IMG/VR virus record: IMGVR_UViG_3300022723_000207 | Coordinates: 89,185 to 153,184 of that record | Direction: 5' to 3' (one strand) | DNA from: a virus | Length of the DNA: 64,000 bases | Notes under the pieces: model-generated | Told to the model about the DNA's origin: nothing | Database searches by the model: none | The model's input: the letters and a program-made list of their open reading frames with translations, nothing else | Program-made: the position numbers and the translations under genes | In this document: positions 36,328 through 44,547 of the stretch, piece by piece | How the letters are laid out: every line of letters starts with the position of its first letter | How positions within the stretch are numbered: the first letter of the stretch is position 1

Positions 36328-36378
36328 TTTATTGATTAAAATTGTTTACTATAATGAAGCATGCTATAAGATAACTTA

Positions 36379-36452
36379 GGGAGTATAGGCTAGTGGTAAA
36401 CCGTTTCCCTCATAAGGAAATCTCGTAGGTTCGATTCCTGCTACTCCTACCA
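36379..36452 (+). tRNA. tRNA-Met or Ile2 (CAT)
   Basis: loop CTCATAA, paired 1:72, CCA. Confidence 0.88.
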
Positions 36453-36765
36453 ATAGCACCTTGCGTTCAGTTATGAGCTATATTTGTACAATAAAGCCCG
36501 TGCCTTTCGACACGGGTCTTCCGGTTGCTACGTCCTATTATCGCAAGGAGCCAGATAGTCGCTAAGATGAATGGGCCATGGTATCTCCGTGACCCAGACA
36601 TACCTTATTTTTAAGGAGAATGCATGTGCAGACTAGTTGTCTTACCTATGAAGATGTCTTATAAAGTGACTGAGTATGGCGATCTTCGTGGGTGGTTTAA
36701 CAAGGAAATTAAAATGAAACGACATGCCAATCGAATATGCAACCAGTCAACCTCGACCCCAATAG

Positions 36766-36842
36766 GGGAAGCGGCTGGCTGGTTGTCAGACGGCACCTTA
36801 TAAGTGTCTTTGAGTAGGGTTCGACTCCCTAGCTTCCTACCA
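36766..36842 (+). tRNA. tRNA-Ile(TAT), atypical D arm
   Basis: GGGAAGC/GCTTCCT acceptor, loop CTTATAA, T arm, CCA. Confidence 0.75.
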
Positions 36843-37052
36843 TGAATAGTTTGTATCTTTTGCGATCCAGTTAGGGGCATGGGGATCCGGATCATCATAA
36901 ACATGTCTGCCAACTAAAGGCATTTCGTTTAAATGTTTTAATTTCATGTAGTATATTTGTTCAAATATGCTGGAGAATAACCATGTCCCAAGAAAACATT
37001 ACGTAAACGCCTAAAAAAGCACAAGAAAAAGAATCGCTGGCAAATATACTCA

Positions 37053-37487
37053 ATGAAATTGAGCAGGCTTAATGAAGGATGGCAAGATGATTATGACCCA
37101 GAGGCTTGGAAAGGTGGTTATGATCCAGAAGGTGGTGAAGGTGATGATAGTGGTGACAGCAGTAGAATTTGGGACCTTTTAAAAGATGTTATAGGTGATA
37201 CCAATATAGATCCTGAATATTATCTGATTAGAACTGGAGATAATGAATGGATAACCACTCCATTTAATTCTGAAATATGGGTGATGAGAAAACCAAGAGA
37301 TAACGAAATAGCTAAATTTAATTTATCTTCATTTTTAAATTCAGAAATCAAAATGTCTCCGATATCGCTTGTTATAGATCCAGATCCAGATGTGTGGGAT
37401 GTGGAGTGGGTTGATGGATGGAAAATTAATAAAAATATATTATTAGGCATGGAGATTGCTGACCCTGGTTTATTAGGCGGCGGTTGA
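37053..37487 (+). CDS. acidic hypothetical protein
   Basis: AAATATA-N4-ATG; MKLSRLNE. Confidence 0.6.
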   Translation: MKLSRLNEGWQDDYDPEAWKGGYDPEGGEGDDSGDSSRIWDLLKDVIGDTNIDPEYYLIRTGDNEWITTPFNSEIWVMRKPRDNEIAKFNLSSFLNSEIKMSPISLVIDPDPDVWDVEWVDGWKINKNILLGMEIADPGLLGGG

Positions 37488-37549
37488 TAAAATATACCTT
37501 ACGTTGCCCATAACGGGCTTCTCTTTGACAATCGAAAGGAGGAGGAACC

Positions 37550-37846
37550 ATGAGTACCATGGAACGTAAGTCGCCACGTATAGGTGATACTGTCATTTAC
37601 CATGACAAGCACGGGAAAGCGCACAATGCGTTAGTGAAGATTTCCTGGGATCAGGGTGGTCAGATCGAAGACCCTTGCGTTAATTTGGTATATGTCAGTG
37701 ATGACGCAAAAAGGGAAGATGGCGCAGGCCGTCAGACCATTGTAGAAACTAGCATAGTTCATGGATCAAACCAGACTGCGCACGGTTTTTACTGGAGAAG
37801 GGTTGATGAAGATCCTAATCCATACGTTAAGCCTAGTGACGACTAA
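37550..37846 (+). CDS. hypothetical protein
   Basis: strong SD AGGAGGAGG. Confidence 0.7.
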   Translation: MSTMERKSPRIGDTVIYHDKHGKAHNALVKISWDQGGQIEDPCVNLVYVSDDAKREDGAGRQTIVETSIVHGSNQTAHGFYWRRVDEDPNPYVKPSDD

Positions 37847-37921
37847 TTAATTGACGGACGACGGATGGAACCTACAAAGGGAACCTACCCAGAGTTTATC
37901 AAATGTAGTTTAGAGGACGCC

Positions 37922-38302
37922 ATGCCATTAGATAACGAAGAATTTGATAATGCTTTGAATGGTATAAGTAATAGAAGCAGCAATAATGAAAAAATATTTG
38001 TTTTAACATGGCAAGAGTTGGGTGGAACAAATGCTGCTACTATTTCGGCAGATCCTGATGATCCAGATTCTGTTATCATAGCAAAGGCTACTAAAGATTT
38101 CGGGTATACTCCAGCCCCCGATGAATTTGAATATGAAATCATTGACAGTAATCATGACTCTGATACAAAACGTGGATATGCGATAACACAAGATTCTCGT
38201 GGTCACAAGTCAATTGATATTTGGCGATCACTAGACGATGAAGAGCCAAATTGGCCGCATAATACGTTGAAACGTTTCCTTAGAAGGAAGATGTTTAACT
38301 AG
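37922..38302 (+). CDS. hypothetical protein (MPLDNEEFDNALN...)
   Basis: GAGGA SD before ATG 37922; N-terminus shared with 38483. Confidence 0.6.
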   Translation: MPLDNEEFDNALNGISNRSSNNEKIFVLTWQELGGTNAATISADPDDPDSVIIAKATKDFGYTPAPDEFEYEIIDSNHDSDTKRGYAITQDSRGHKSIDIWRSLDDEEPNWPHNTLKRFLRRKMFN

Positions 38303-38359
38303 TTCTTTGACAATATGGGGGCGACATGGCTTCGACAGGCTGTGGAACCTAGTGTGAGC
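38301..38359 (+). repeat. 59-bp exact copy of the tmRNA leader and 5' end (38902-38960)
   Basis: direct sequence identity. Confidence 0.95.
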
Positions 38360-38482
38360 GATGGATACGTTAAGCCTAGTGACGACTAATTAATTGACGG
38401 ACGACGGATGGAACCTACAAAGGGAACCTACCCAGAATCAAATGTAGTTTAGAGGACGCCATGCAAGAGTTGGGAGATAAAA

Positions 38483-38854
38483 ATGCCGCTAAATGATAAT
38501 CAGTTTGATGATGCTTTGAACAGAAGAAGACCAGTTAATAATGGGGTGACGCTTGTTGTTAAGTCTCCTATGTTTGATCCTTATGGTGAAGATTGGACAG
38601 AACAATATTTTGATGGTGATGGTGAATTAGCCGATAGGATTGAAAAGCAAGTGCACCAGATCATCCAATCTGAAACTGGATGTAAATATGTGTTTAATGA
38701 TGATGCTGAAGAATTTACATATAGTTGTCCATCAATGGAAGCTTCAAAGATGTTGCTTAGAATGCTGGAAACAGCCGCTTCTGAAAGGCCAGATGATCAA
38801 ACCGATCTGTTTATGGCTTTGATGGCTAATGATATGACCTATGAATACGAATGA
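38483..38854 (+). CDS. hypothetical protein (MPLNDNQFDDALN...)
   Basis: GGAG SD; N-terminus shared with 37922. Confidence 0.6.
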   Translation: MPLNDNQFDDALNRRRPVNNGVTLVVKSPMFDPYGEDWTEQYFDGDGELADRIEKQVHQIIQSETGCKYVFNDDAEEFTYSCPSMEASKMLLRMLETAASERPDDQTDLFMALMANDMTYEYE

Positions 38855-38917
38855 AAGATGGATGGAAATTAATAAAAATAATTAGGCAATTCTAAGGAAA
38901 CAGTTCTTTGACAATAT

Positions 38918-39264
38918 GGGGGCGACATGGCTTCGACAGGCTGTGGAACCTAGTGTGAGCCTTGAGATGGTGCGGGAGGCCATCTAAAAACCCGCAAAAG
39001 AATAAATGCCGACGATCACGTCAGCTATGCTCCTGTCGCTGTAGCGGCTTGAGCGACGGTTCGTGGACTCCGTTAAAGCAAACCGAACAGCAACGGATGC
39101 TTCTTTAGTGTAATCGTCAGCTAAAGATTAAGATTGAACGATCGTGGTGTTAACGCCTTCGTAATGGTGTTAATAGGTTGCTGGTGTCCGAATACGCCAG
39201 ATATTCAAGGTAGAGCGCACAGGCGCAAGCAGTTTGGACGCGGGTTCGAACCCCGCCGCCTCCA
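38918..39264 (+). ncRNA. ssrA: tmRNA; tag ADDHVSYAPVAVAA at 39008-39052
   Basis: 5' GGGGGCGAC..TTCGAC; 3' GGACGCGGGTTCGAACCCCGCCGCCTCCA with G3:U70; tag ends in AA. Confidence 0.95.
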
Positions 39265-39390
39265 ATAAGATCCCCGGCTTTCTATTGAAGTGAAAGCCGG
39301 GGGTGATGGTAAGACTGTATTGCAGGATAGTGTTATCTGGAGCGTACAAAATCATTGTTCCTGATTAGTAAATTAAGAAATGAAAAACAA

Positions 39391-39464
39391 GCCCACTTAG
39401 CACAATTGGCTAGTGCGTCTGAGTTACATTCAGAAGGTTCGGGGTTCGAGTCCCTGAGTGGGTA
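39391..39464 (+). tRNA. tRNA-Val(TAC)
   Basis: loop GTTACAT. Confidence 0.88.
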
Positions 39465-39468
39465 CTAT

Positions 39469-39544
39469 GCTATCGTAGCTCAGTCGGCAGAGCAACGCTT
39501 TCGTAAAGCGAAGGTCGGGGGTTCGACTCCCTCCGGTAGCACCA
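39469..39544 (+). tRNA. tRNA-Thr(CGT)
   Basis: loop TTCGTAA, CCA. Confidence 0.9.
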
Positions 39545-39575
39545 GCATGCTGATCCACGTTGCCAAAAATAATTT

Positions 39576-40073
39576 ATGAGGTTATCTAATTTGAATAAGA
39601 TTCCTGGTGGTCTTGCTGATGAGAATGATCCTGGTGATTTCGATCAACAAGAATTGGCAAAAGGCATGGAAGTTGAGTTAGAACACACTTCTGATGAAAA
39701 TATTGCTCTAGAGATAGCTATGGATCATTTAAAAGAAGATCCACGTTATTATAGTAAGCTAAAAGATTTTGAGGGTTCTTTTGATGAGGCGATGGTCAAG
39801 AAAAGCGCTCAATCAGCTAGTGGATATCCAGGATCTAGCACTGGTGGCATGCGTACGATGCCTTCAAAGGTATGGATTGACAAAAAAGACTTGAAAGACA
39901 AAAATGGTAGAGACGTATCTAATTTATCGAGTCCTGATGGTGATTTAGAAAGCAATATTCCTGATGATGTACCGGATGAACTTAAGAAAACCAATATCAC
40001 GCAACCTATTCTTAAAGAACCAGACGATTGGTTAAATCCAAAGGTTGCGAAACATAGAGGCCCAGGTGCCTAA
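39576..40073 (+). CDS. DUF5661-like protein
   Basis: GMEVELEHT..ALEIAMDHLKEDPRYYSKL. Confidence 0.75.
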   Translation: MRLSNLNKIPGGLADENDPGDFDQQELAKGMEVELEHTSDENIALEIAMDHLKEDPRYYSKLKDFEGSFDEAMVKKSAQSASGYPGSSTGGMRTMPSKVWIDKKDLKDKNGRDVSNLSSPDGDLESNIPDDVPDELKKTNITQPILKEPDDWLNPKVAKHRGPGA

Positions 40074-40136
40074 TCACTTAACCCCCTATTTATAATAGGA
40101 AAATGCAATTAATCCCTTGAGGGATAGGAGTAAACT

Positions 40137-40643
40137 ATGTCACGGTCACATGGTGTTGTTGTACGTTTTGATAGCAGGAGAGGCTATGGTTTTATTACCA
40201 TTACCAGCGGCCCAAATGAAGGTGAGCAGGCGTTTGCCCACCAAAATGACATCAATATGGAAGGATTTCGCTTTCTCAAGCAAGATGAAGAAGTTGCGTT
40301 TGATCTTGAGCAGAATGAGCAGGGGCTTAAAGCAATTGATATTGATGTGTTGAGTAATCGCCCACCTCCGCGTCGTCCTGTTCAGAGAACTCGCAACTAC
40401 AATAATGATCATTTCAGGCCCAGTGGTCGTCCCCAGCAGAATGCTGAAAAGGCACGGAACGCACGAATCAACCGATTGGAGAAGATTATTGGTCGGTTGG
40501 TTGATGTTCTTGCTGATGAGGGTGGTGAAGATGAGGATATTGATCCGATTCTAACTAGGGATGATATCGATTTCATTATGAAGGGTGATGCTGGCGAAGC
40601 TGAAGAAGAACAAATCGAAGAGACGGCTACTAGCGAAGCTTAA
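40137..40643 (+). CDS. cold-shock domain protein with C-terminal extension
   Basis: GVVVRFDSRRGYGFI, FAHQNDI..GFRFL. Confidence 0.88.
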   Translation: MSRSHGVVVRFDSRRGYGFITITSGPNEGEQAFAHQNDINMEGFRFLKQDEEVAFDLEQNEQGLKAIDIDVLSNRPPPRRPVQRTRNYNNDHFRPSGRPQQNAEKARNARINRLEKIIGRLVDVLADEGGEDEDIDPILTRDDIDFIMKGDAGEAEEEQIEETATSEA

Positions 40644-40716
40644 TCTTTTTGACCCCCGTTAGTATTTAAATCTAGCGGGGTTGACAACTGATTGACCATG
40701 TATACCATAACATACT

Positions 40717-40801
40717 ATGCAAGGTAATGGCATAAAACTGTCGAAATGGGTCGGCAAAGAATCGGGCGAAGCGAGCGCTGGAGGCGGTGAGTGAAGATTA
40801 G
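40717..40801 (+). pseudogene. tnpA: IS607 serine recombinase remnant
   Basis: N-terminal IKLSKW joined to C-terminal SAKNRAKRALEAVSED* in another frame. Confidence 0.6.
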
Positions 40802-41873
40802 CCGATCATCCAAGTGCTCTCTCAAGTTCACGACAGCATCAAAGTTGTCGAAACTGGGCACCGTACTCAACGAGTACGGTCGAGTAGTTAATGCCTTCAT
40901 CGACCAGTTCTGGATTGAATGCCCAGCCAAGGGCAAGTTACTCAAACCTGTGGTTGATTCGGTCGATAGTTGGTTCACCGCCCGTCTCCGTAAGGTTGCT
41001 GCTCGTGAAGCCATCGACATGGTGAAGGCAGCAAAGGAGCGTTGGGGCGATAAGGCAGTAACGCCTACCCATCGTGGGCAACGGATGTGCGTCAGCAGTA
41101 CCATTGCTCGACTGGACGCCAGTAAAGACAGTTCTTTCGACTGCTGGTTGCATCTGTCGTCCATCGGCAATGGCATCATCCTCGATCTGCCGATTAAACG
41201 GCACAAGCACTTCAACGATCTGGCTACTGTCGGTCGTAAGCAAGAGTCTTACATTATCACCAGGGATTCCGTGCAGTTCTGCTTCGAGATCGAAACTGGT
41301 CCGAAGCAAGAACCAGATCGCTGTGTCGGTGTTGATACTGGAATCAACGCCTTAGCCAGTTTGTCCACTGGCGATCAACTGGGTACGGATATCAAGGTTG
41401 GTATCGAACGAATCAAACGCTGCAAACACGGCTCTAAAGGTCAGAAACGGGCCGTTCGTGCTTTAAGGCAGCGAATGGATGAAGTTGCTAAAGAGGTTGT
41501 TGATAAATCCTCGTTAGTGGTTGCTGAGAACCTAAAGAACATCACGAAGAATACCAAACGCCGCTTGGGTAAAAATATGCGGCGCTCTATCGGTAGATGG
41601 AATGTCCGGTATTGGTTAGAGACTCTTCAACGGAAATGCGAATATCACCGTGTGAGTTTTCGCTCCGTGAGTCCCTACAAAACCAGCCAGACCTGTTCAT
41701 CCTGCGGCCATGTCGATAGGAGGAATCGAACCGGTGAGTTGTTCCGTTGTCTCAGTTGTGGCTATGAGGCAAACGCAGATGTGCAGGCATCACGGAACAT
41801 CCTTACCCGATTCCTTACCGGGCCCTACGGTGCCGGTTGCAAACCTCTTGTGTCTTATAATGGGATACTTTGA
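40791..41873 (+). CDS. tnpB: RNA-guided endonuclease TnpB
   Basis: RuvC GVDTG, VAENL, NADVQASRNI; Zn finger TSQTCSSCG..FRCLSCG. Confidence 0.93.
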   Translation: MKISRSSKCSLKFTTASKLSKLGTVLNEYGRVVNAFIDQFWIECPAKGKLLKPVVDSVDSWFTARLRKVAAREAIDMVKAAKERWGDKAVTPTHRGQRMCVSSTIARLDASKDSSFDCWLHLSSIGNGIILDLPIKRHKHFNDLATVGRKQESYIITRDSVQFCFEIETGPKQEPDRCVGVDTGINALASLSTGDQLGTDIKVGIERIKRCKHGSKGQKRAVRALRQRMDEVAKEVVDKSSLVVAENLKNITKNTKRRLGKNMRRSIGRWNVRYWLETLQRKCEYHRVSFRSVSPYKTSQTCSSCGHVDRRNRTGELFRCLSCGYEANADVQASRNILTRFLTGPYGAGCKPLVSYNGIL

Positions 41874-41888
41874 GGAACGGTCTTTTGT

Positions 41889-42512
41889 ATGGCTATTTCT
41901 TCACTTAGAAATGATTTTGAATATCCTACTAAAAAACCCAATATTGATGTCTCAGTTTATCCTAAATGGTTTAATAATCGACATGATGAATTTTTCAGAC
42001 AGTTAATCCCATCTGATGTTTCGGTCATTGTTGAGCTAGGTAGTTGGGTCGGATTCAGTACTCGTTGGTTTGCGGAAAATACGGACTGCCCTCACATCAT
42101 ATGTATTGACACCTGGGCAGGTAGTGCAGAGCATAGTGATTTTACACAGGATCAGTTAGATGATCTTTTTAAAGCATTTACTCAGTCTTGCTGGAAATAT
42201 CGAAATAAAATTATACCTATGCAAATGAATACTGTGCAGGGCATGCTGGAATTGAAAGATCAGAATGTTGATCGTGATGTAGAGGTGGTATATGTTGATG
42301 CTTCTCATCAATATGAGGATGTGATAGTTGATATTGAAATGGCTTGGGAGATTTTCCCCAACGCTATTCTGATTGGAGATGATTTTACCTGGAAAAATCC
42401 TACGCAAAATAGGCGAAGGACTGTTTGTGAAGCTGTTAATTATTTTTGTGACAAAAAAGGAATAGAATTCATAAATAGTCGCACACGCTATCTTTGGGCT
42501 ATTAGAAGATAA
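41889..42512 (+). CDS. class I SAM-dependent methyltransferase (Methyltransf_24-like)
   Basis: VELGSWVGFS, IDTWAGS, YVDASHQYE, GDD. Confidence 0.85.
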   Translation: MAISSLRNDFEYPTKKPNIDVSVYPKWFNNRHDEFFRQLIPSDVSVIVELGSWVGFSTRWFAENTDCPHIICIDTWAGSAEHSDFTQDQLDDLFKAFTQSCWKYRNKIIPMQMNTVQGMLELKDQNVDRDVEVVYVDASHQYEDVIVDIEMAWEIFPNAILIGDDFTWKNPTQNRRRTVCEAVNYFCDKKGIEFINSRTRYLWAIRR

Positions 42513-42569
42513 TTAATAATAACTTAATTATAATGACGTCCCTGTTATAAATTGGCAGGAGATTATTAG

Positions 42570-43124
42570 ATGCTTTTTAGAGTTGATGGAAATATCACAA
42601 TTAGAGCAGATCGATATTGTTTTATGGTGTGTCAAGATAAAGGCATGACTAAATTTCCTAAGGGTATTATGGCTCCTTATCACAAGCCATTAAAATTTTG
42701 TGGCTATTTTCATGAAATGGTTCGATCAATTGAAGCGGAAGCTGCTAAGGTAAGCGATGAGATCTCTAATATCATGCGTGAAGAGTTTCAAATGCGCAGT
42801 TCTCTTAATGCATTTGATGGGTCTTTTGATAAATATTCAATAGTTGGAACTGATATCAGATTTGATAAAGATTGCTATATTAATAAATTCGCTTCGTATA
42901 CGACTTATAATAGGTCTCCTGGCCATTCTCTTTTCAGTGCATGGACTCAACATTTGCGGGAGCATCCGCGTTTTGGATCGGCTGAAAAAGACTACAATTT
43001 ATGTGAGCCTTCAGAAATTGCTAAGGCTATGCAGGAGTTCAAGGAACAAGTTGCTAAAGATCACGGTGTTGATTTTTCTACTGAAGTTAAAATTCCAAAA
43101 CACCTCTGCTTAGAAGAATCTTGA
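42570..43124 (+). CDS. hypothetical protein
   Basis: AGGAG SD. Confidence 0.6.
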   Translation: MLFRVDGNITIRADRYCFMVCQDKGMTKFPKGIMAPYHKPLKFCGYFHEMVRSIEAEAAKVSDEISNIMREEFQMRSSLNAFDGSFDKYSIVGTDIRFDKDCYINKFASYTTYNRSPGHSLFSAWTQHLREHPRFGSAEKDYNLCEPSEIAKAMQEFKEQVAKDHGVDFSTEVKIPKHLCLEES

Positions 43125-43148
43125 CAGCGGATTCTTGGATGTTATAGT
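43121..43148 (+). promoter_or_regulatory. sigma70 promoter (extended -10)
   Basis: TTGACA-16bp-TATAGT with TG at -15/-14. Confidence 0.75.
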
Positions 43149-43156
43149 ATTATCCG

Positions 43157-43207
43157 ATGAACACTTTCCAACAACACCAGCACCAGACAGGAACCAAGAG
43201 CGCTTAG
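43157..43207 (+). CDS. attenuator leader peptide MNTFQQHQHQTGTKSA
   Basis: six consecutive Gln/His codons CAA CAA CAC CAG CAC CAG upstream of tRNA-Gln/Gln/His. Confidence 0.8.
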   Translation: MNTFQQHQHQTGTKSA

Positions 43208-43236
43208 GCTTTTTGGACGGTGTTGCGTTATCTCGT

Positions 43237-43273
43237 GAGCCCCCGAAGCCTAGGTTTCGGGGGCTCTGCTCTT
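43237..43273 (+). terminator. attenuator terminator hairpin
   Basis: GAGCCCCCGAAGC-CTAG-GTTTCGGGGGCTC then TGCTCTT. Confidence 0.7.
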
Positions 43274-43300
43274 GGTATACTCTTTGACAATCTAAATTAA

Positions 43301-43376
43301 TGCCCTATAGCACAATTGGCTAGTGCGTCGGTTTCTGGCACCGATAGTTTAGGTTCGAATCCTAATAGGGCATCCA
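43301..43376 (+). tRNA. tRNA-Gln(CTG)
   Basis: loop TTCTGGC, CCA. Confidence 0.92.
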
Positions 43377-43377
43377 C

Positions 43378-43448
43378 TGGGGCATAGTATAAGGGTAGTA
43401 CAGAACATTTTGGCTGTTCTAGTCGAGGTTCGAATCCTCGTGCCCCAA
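43378..43448 (+). tRNA. tRNA-Gln(TTG)
   Basis: loop TTTTGGC. Confidence 0.9.
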
Positions 43449-43452
43449 ATAT

Positions 43453-43529
43453 GGTCTCGTTGGTGTTAGTGGTTAGCACACAAGATTGTGGTTCTTGAGG
43501 GACGAGTTCGAATCTCGTACGAGACCCCA
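43453..43529 (+). tRNA. tRNA-His(GTG)
   Basis: G-1:C73, loop TTGTGGT, CCA. Confidence 0.93.
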
Positions 43530-43651
43530 TGTTTAATTAGCTAATCTTAGGCTTGTTTGCCCCAAATATGGTAAGGGCGATATATGCTATAAGTGTGTTA
43601 TGAATAGACTAGACCTTTGATCGCTCTATAAATGCGCAGGAGATTCTTATT

Positions 43652-44221
43652 ATGTCTACTAGTGATGTTCCCGGTGCCAAAGACGCCAACAATGACGAAT
43701 TGGCGATGGGTTGTTGGGCTGAACATGATGATGGTTCTTTATTAGTGGTTCATTCCACTGAAAATGATGAAGTCATCTATTCAATGTTCGATACGAGTAA
43801 GACCCCGCCTGTAGAGTTCAGGGACAAAATGCCAATGGATGATTTTAAGGCATATTTCTCTTGGAATGGTAACAATGTTAAATGGACATGGCATGACAAG
43901 ACCCCGTTTCCATGGGATCGAATCATTAAGAGCGGCATTCGAGATGGGGTTTTGCCTGCTCCTAGTGGTCATGATCAAATCGCTGAGGCTAAAAGCGTCG
44001 CAGAGTCGTTGGCTGAAAAGATGGGTATCCCTGGTCATGAGATTGATTCCGATAAGGTCGATCACATGATGAGCAAAGAATCGCCACGCAAGATGATTTC
44101 TAATATTCAAGAAGCGGTTGATTCTTGCCCGAAAGGCAAGAAGGGCAAGAAAAAGATTAAAAAATTGCTTAAGAAGCAAAAGAAAATCCAGAAGAAGATT
44201 GAAGCTGAGATGGCGGGTTGA
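43652..44221 (+). CDS. hypothetical protein with Lys-rich C-terminus
   Basis: AGGAG SD. Confidence 0.7.
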   Translation: MSTSDVPGAKDANNDELAMGCWAEHDDGSLLVVHSTENDEVIYSMFDTSKTPPVEFRDKMPMDDFKAYFSWNGNNVKWTWHDKTPFPWDRIIKSGIRDGVLPAPSGHDQIAEAKSVAESLAEKMGIPGHEIDSDKVDHMMSKESPRKMISNIQEAVDSCPKGKKGKKKIKKLLKKQKKIQKKIEAEMAG

Positions 44222-44547
44222 TGTCTGGAGAATCGCTTGACTTTCATAAAGAAGAAGGCGAGATAAAGACAGACCTTTACTGTCATAGCTGCTCACGCAA
44301 CTTTGTCGCCTTGCTTGATTATCGTTTAGATGGTAATCATAAAATTGAGTGTCCTCACTGCCGCCACACCCACTATCGGGTGATTAAGGATGGAGTGGTC
44401 ACAGGAGAGCGCTTTGATAGAGATGCTGGTGGCACTTTTGATGTTACCAAAAGGAGGATCTGGAAATCTAGCGACAATGTGCTGCAGTGTGAGACTACTG
44501 CTGCCAGTATGTTCATAAGGCGTAGTTGGCTCAATCGTGAATCCTAA
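44218..44547 (+). CDS. zinc-ribbon protein
   Basis: CHSC...CPHC. Confidence 0.65.
   Translation: MMSGESLDFHKEEGEIKTDLYCHSCSRNFVALLDYRLDGNHKIECPHCRHTHYRVIKDGVVTGERFDRDAGGTFDVTKRRIWKSSDNVLQCETTAASMFIRRSWLNRES

Larger units (their letters stand above)
37822..38464 (+). repeat. ~100-bp direct repeat (37822-37925 and 38365-38464)
   Basis: identical except for a 4-nt deletion. Confidence 0.93.
40679..41880 (+). mobile_element. IS607-family element with internally deleted tnpA and intact tnpB
   Basis: higher GC than flanks; tnpA remnants at 40717-40801; right end ...GAGGAACGG; boundaries approximate. Confidence 0.7.

Noticed and set aside
36983-37045. Basic micro-ORF resembling a small ribosomal protein (KKTLRKRLKKHKKKNRWQ)
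   Set aside because: The SD-linked ATG frame stops after 7 codons and the similarity is only low-complexity Lys/Arg content.
38316-38359. Second tmRNA or prophage att site
   Set aside because: Only the 5' end is duplicated, integrases usually duplicate the 3' end, and no integrase is in the window.
40679-41880. Cas12 CRISPR effector or IStron
   Set aside because: The protein is 360 aa with tnpA remnants, there is no repeat array, and no group I intron core lies in the element.
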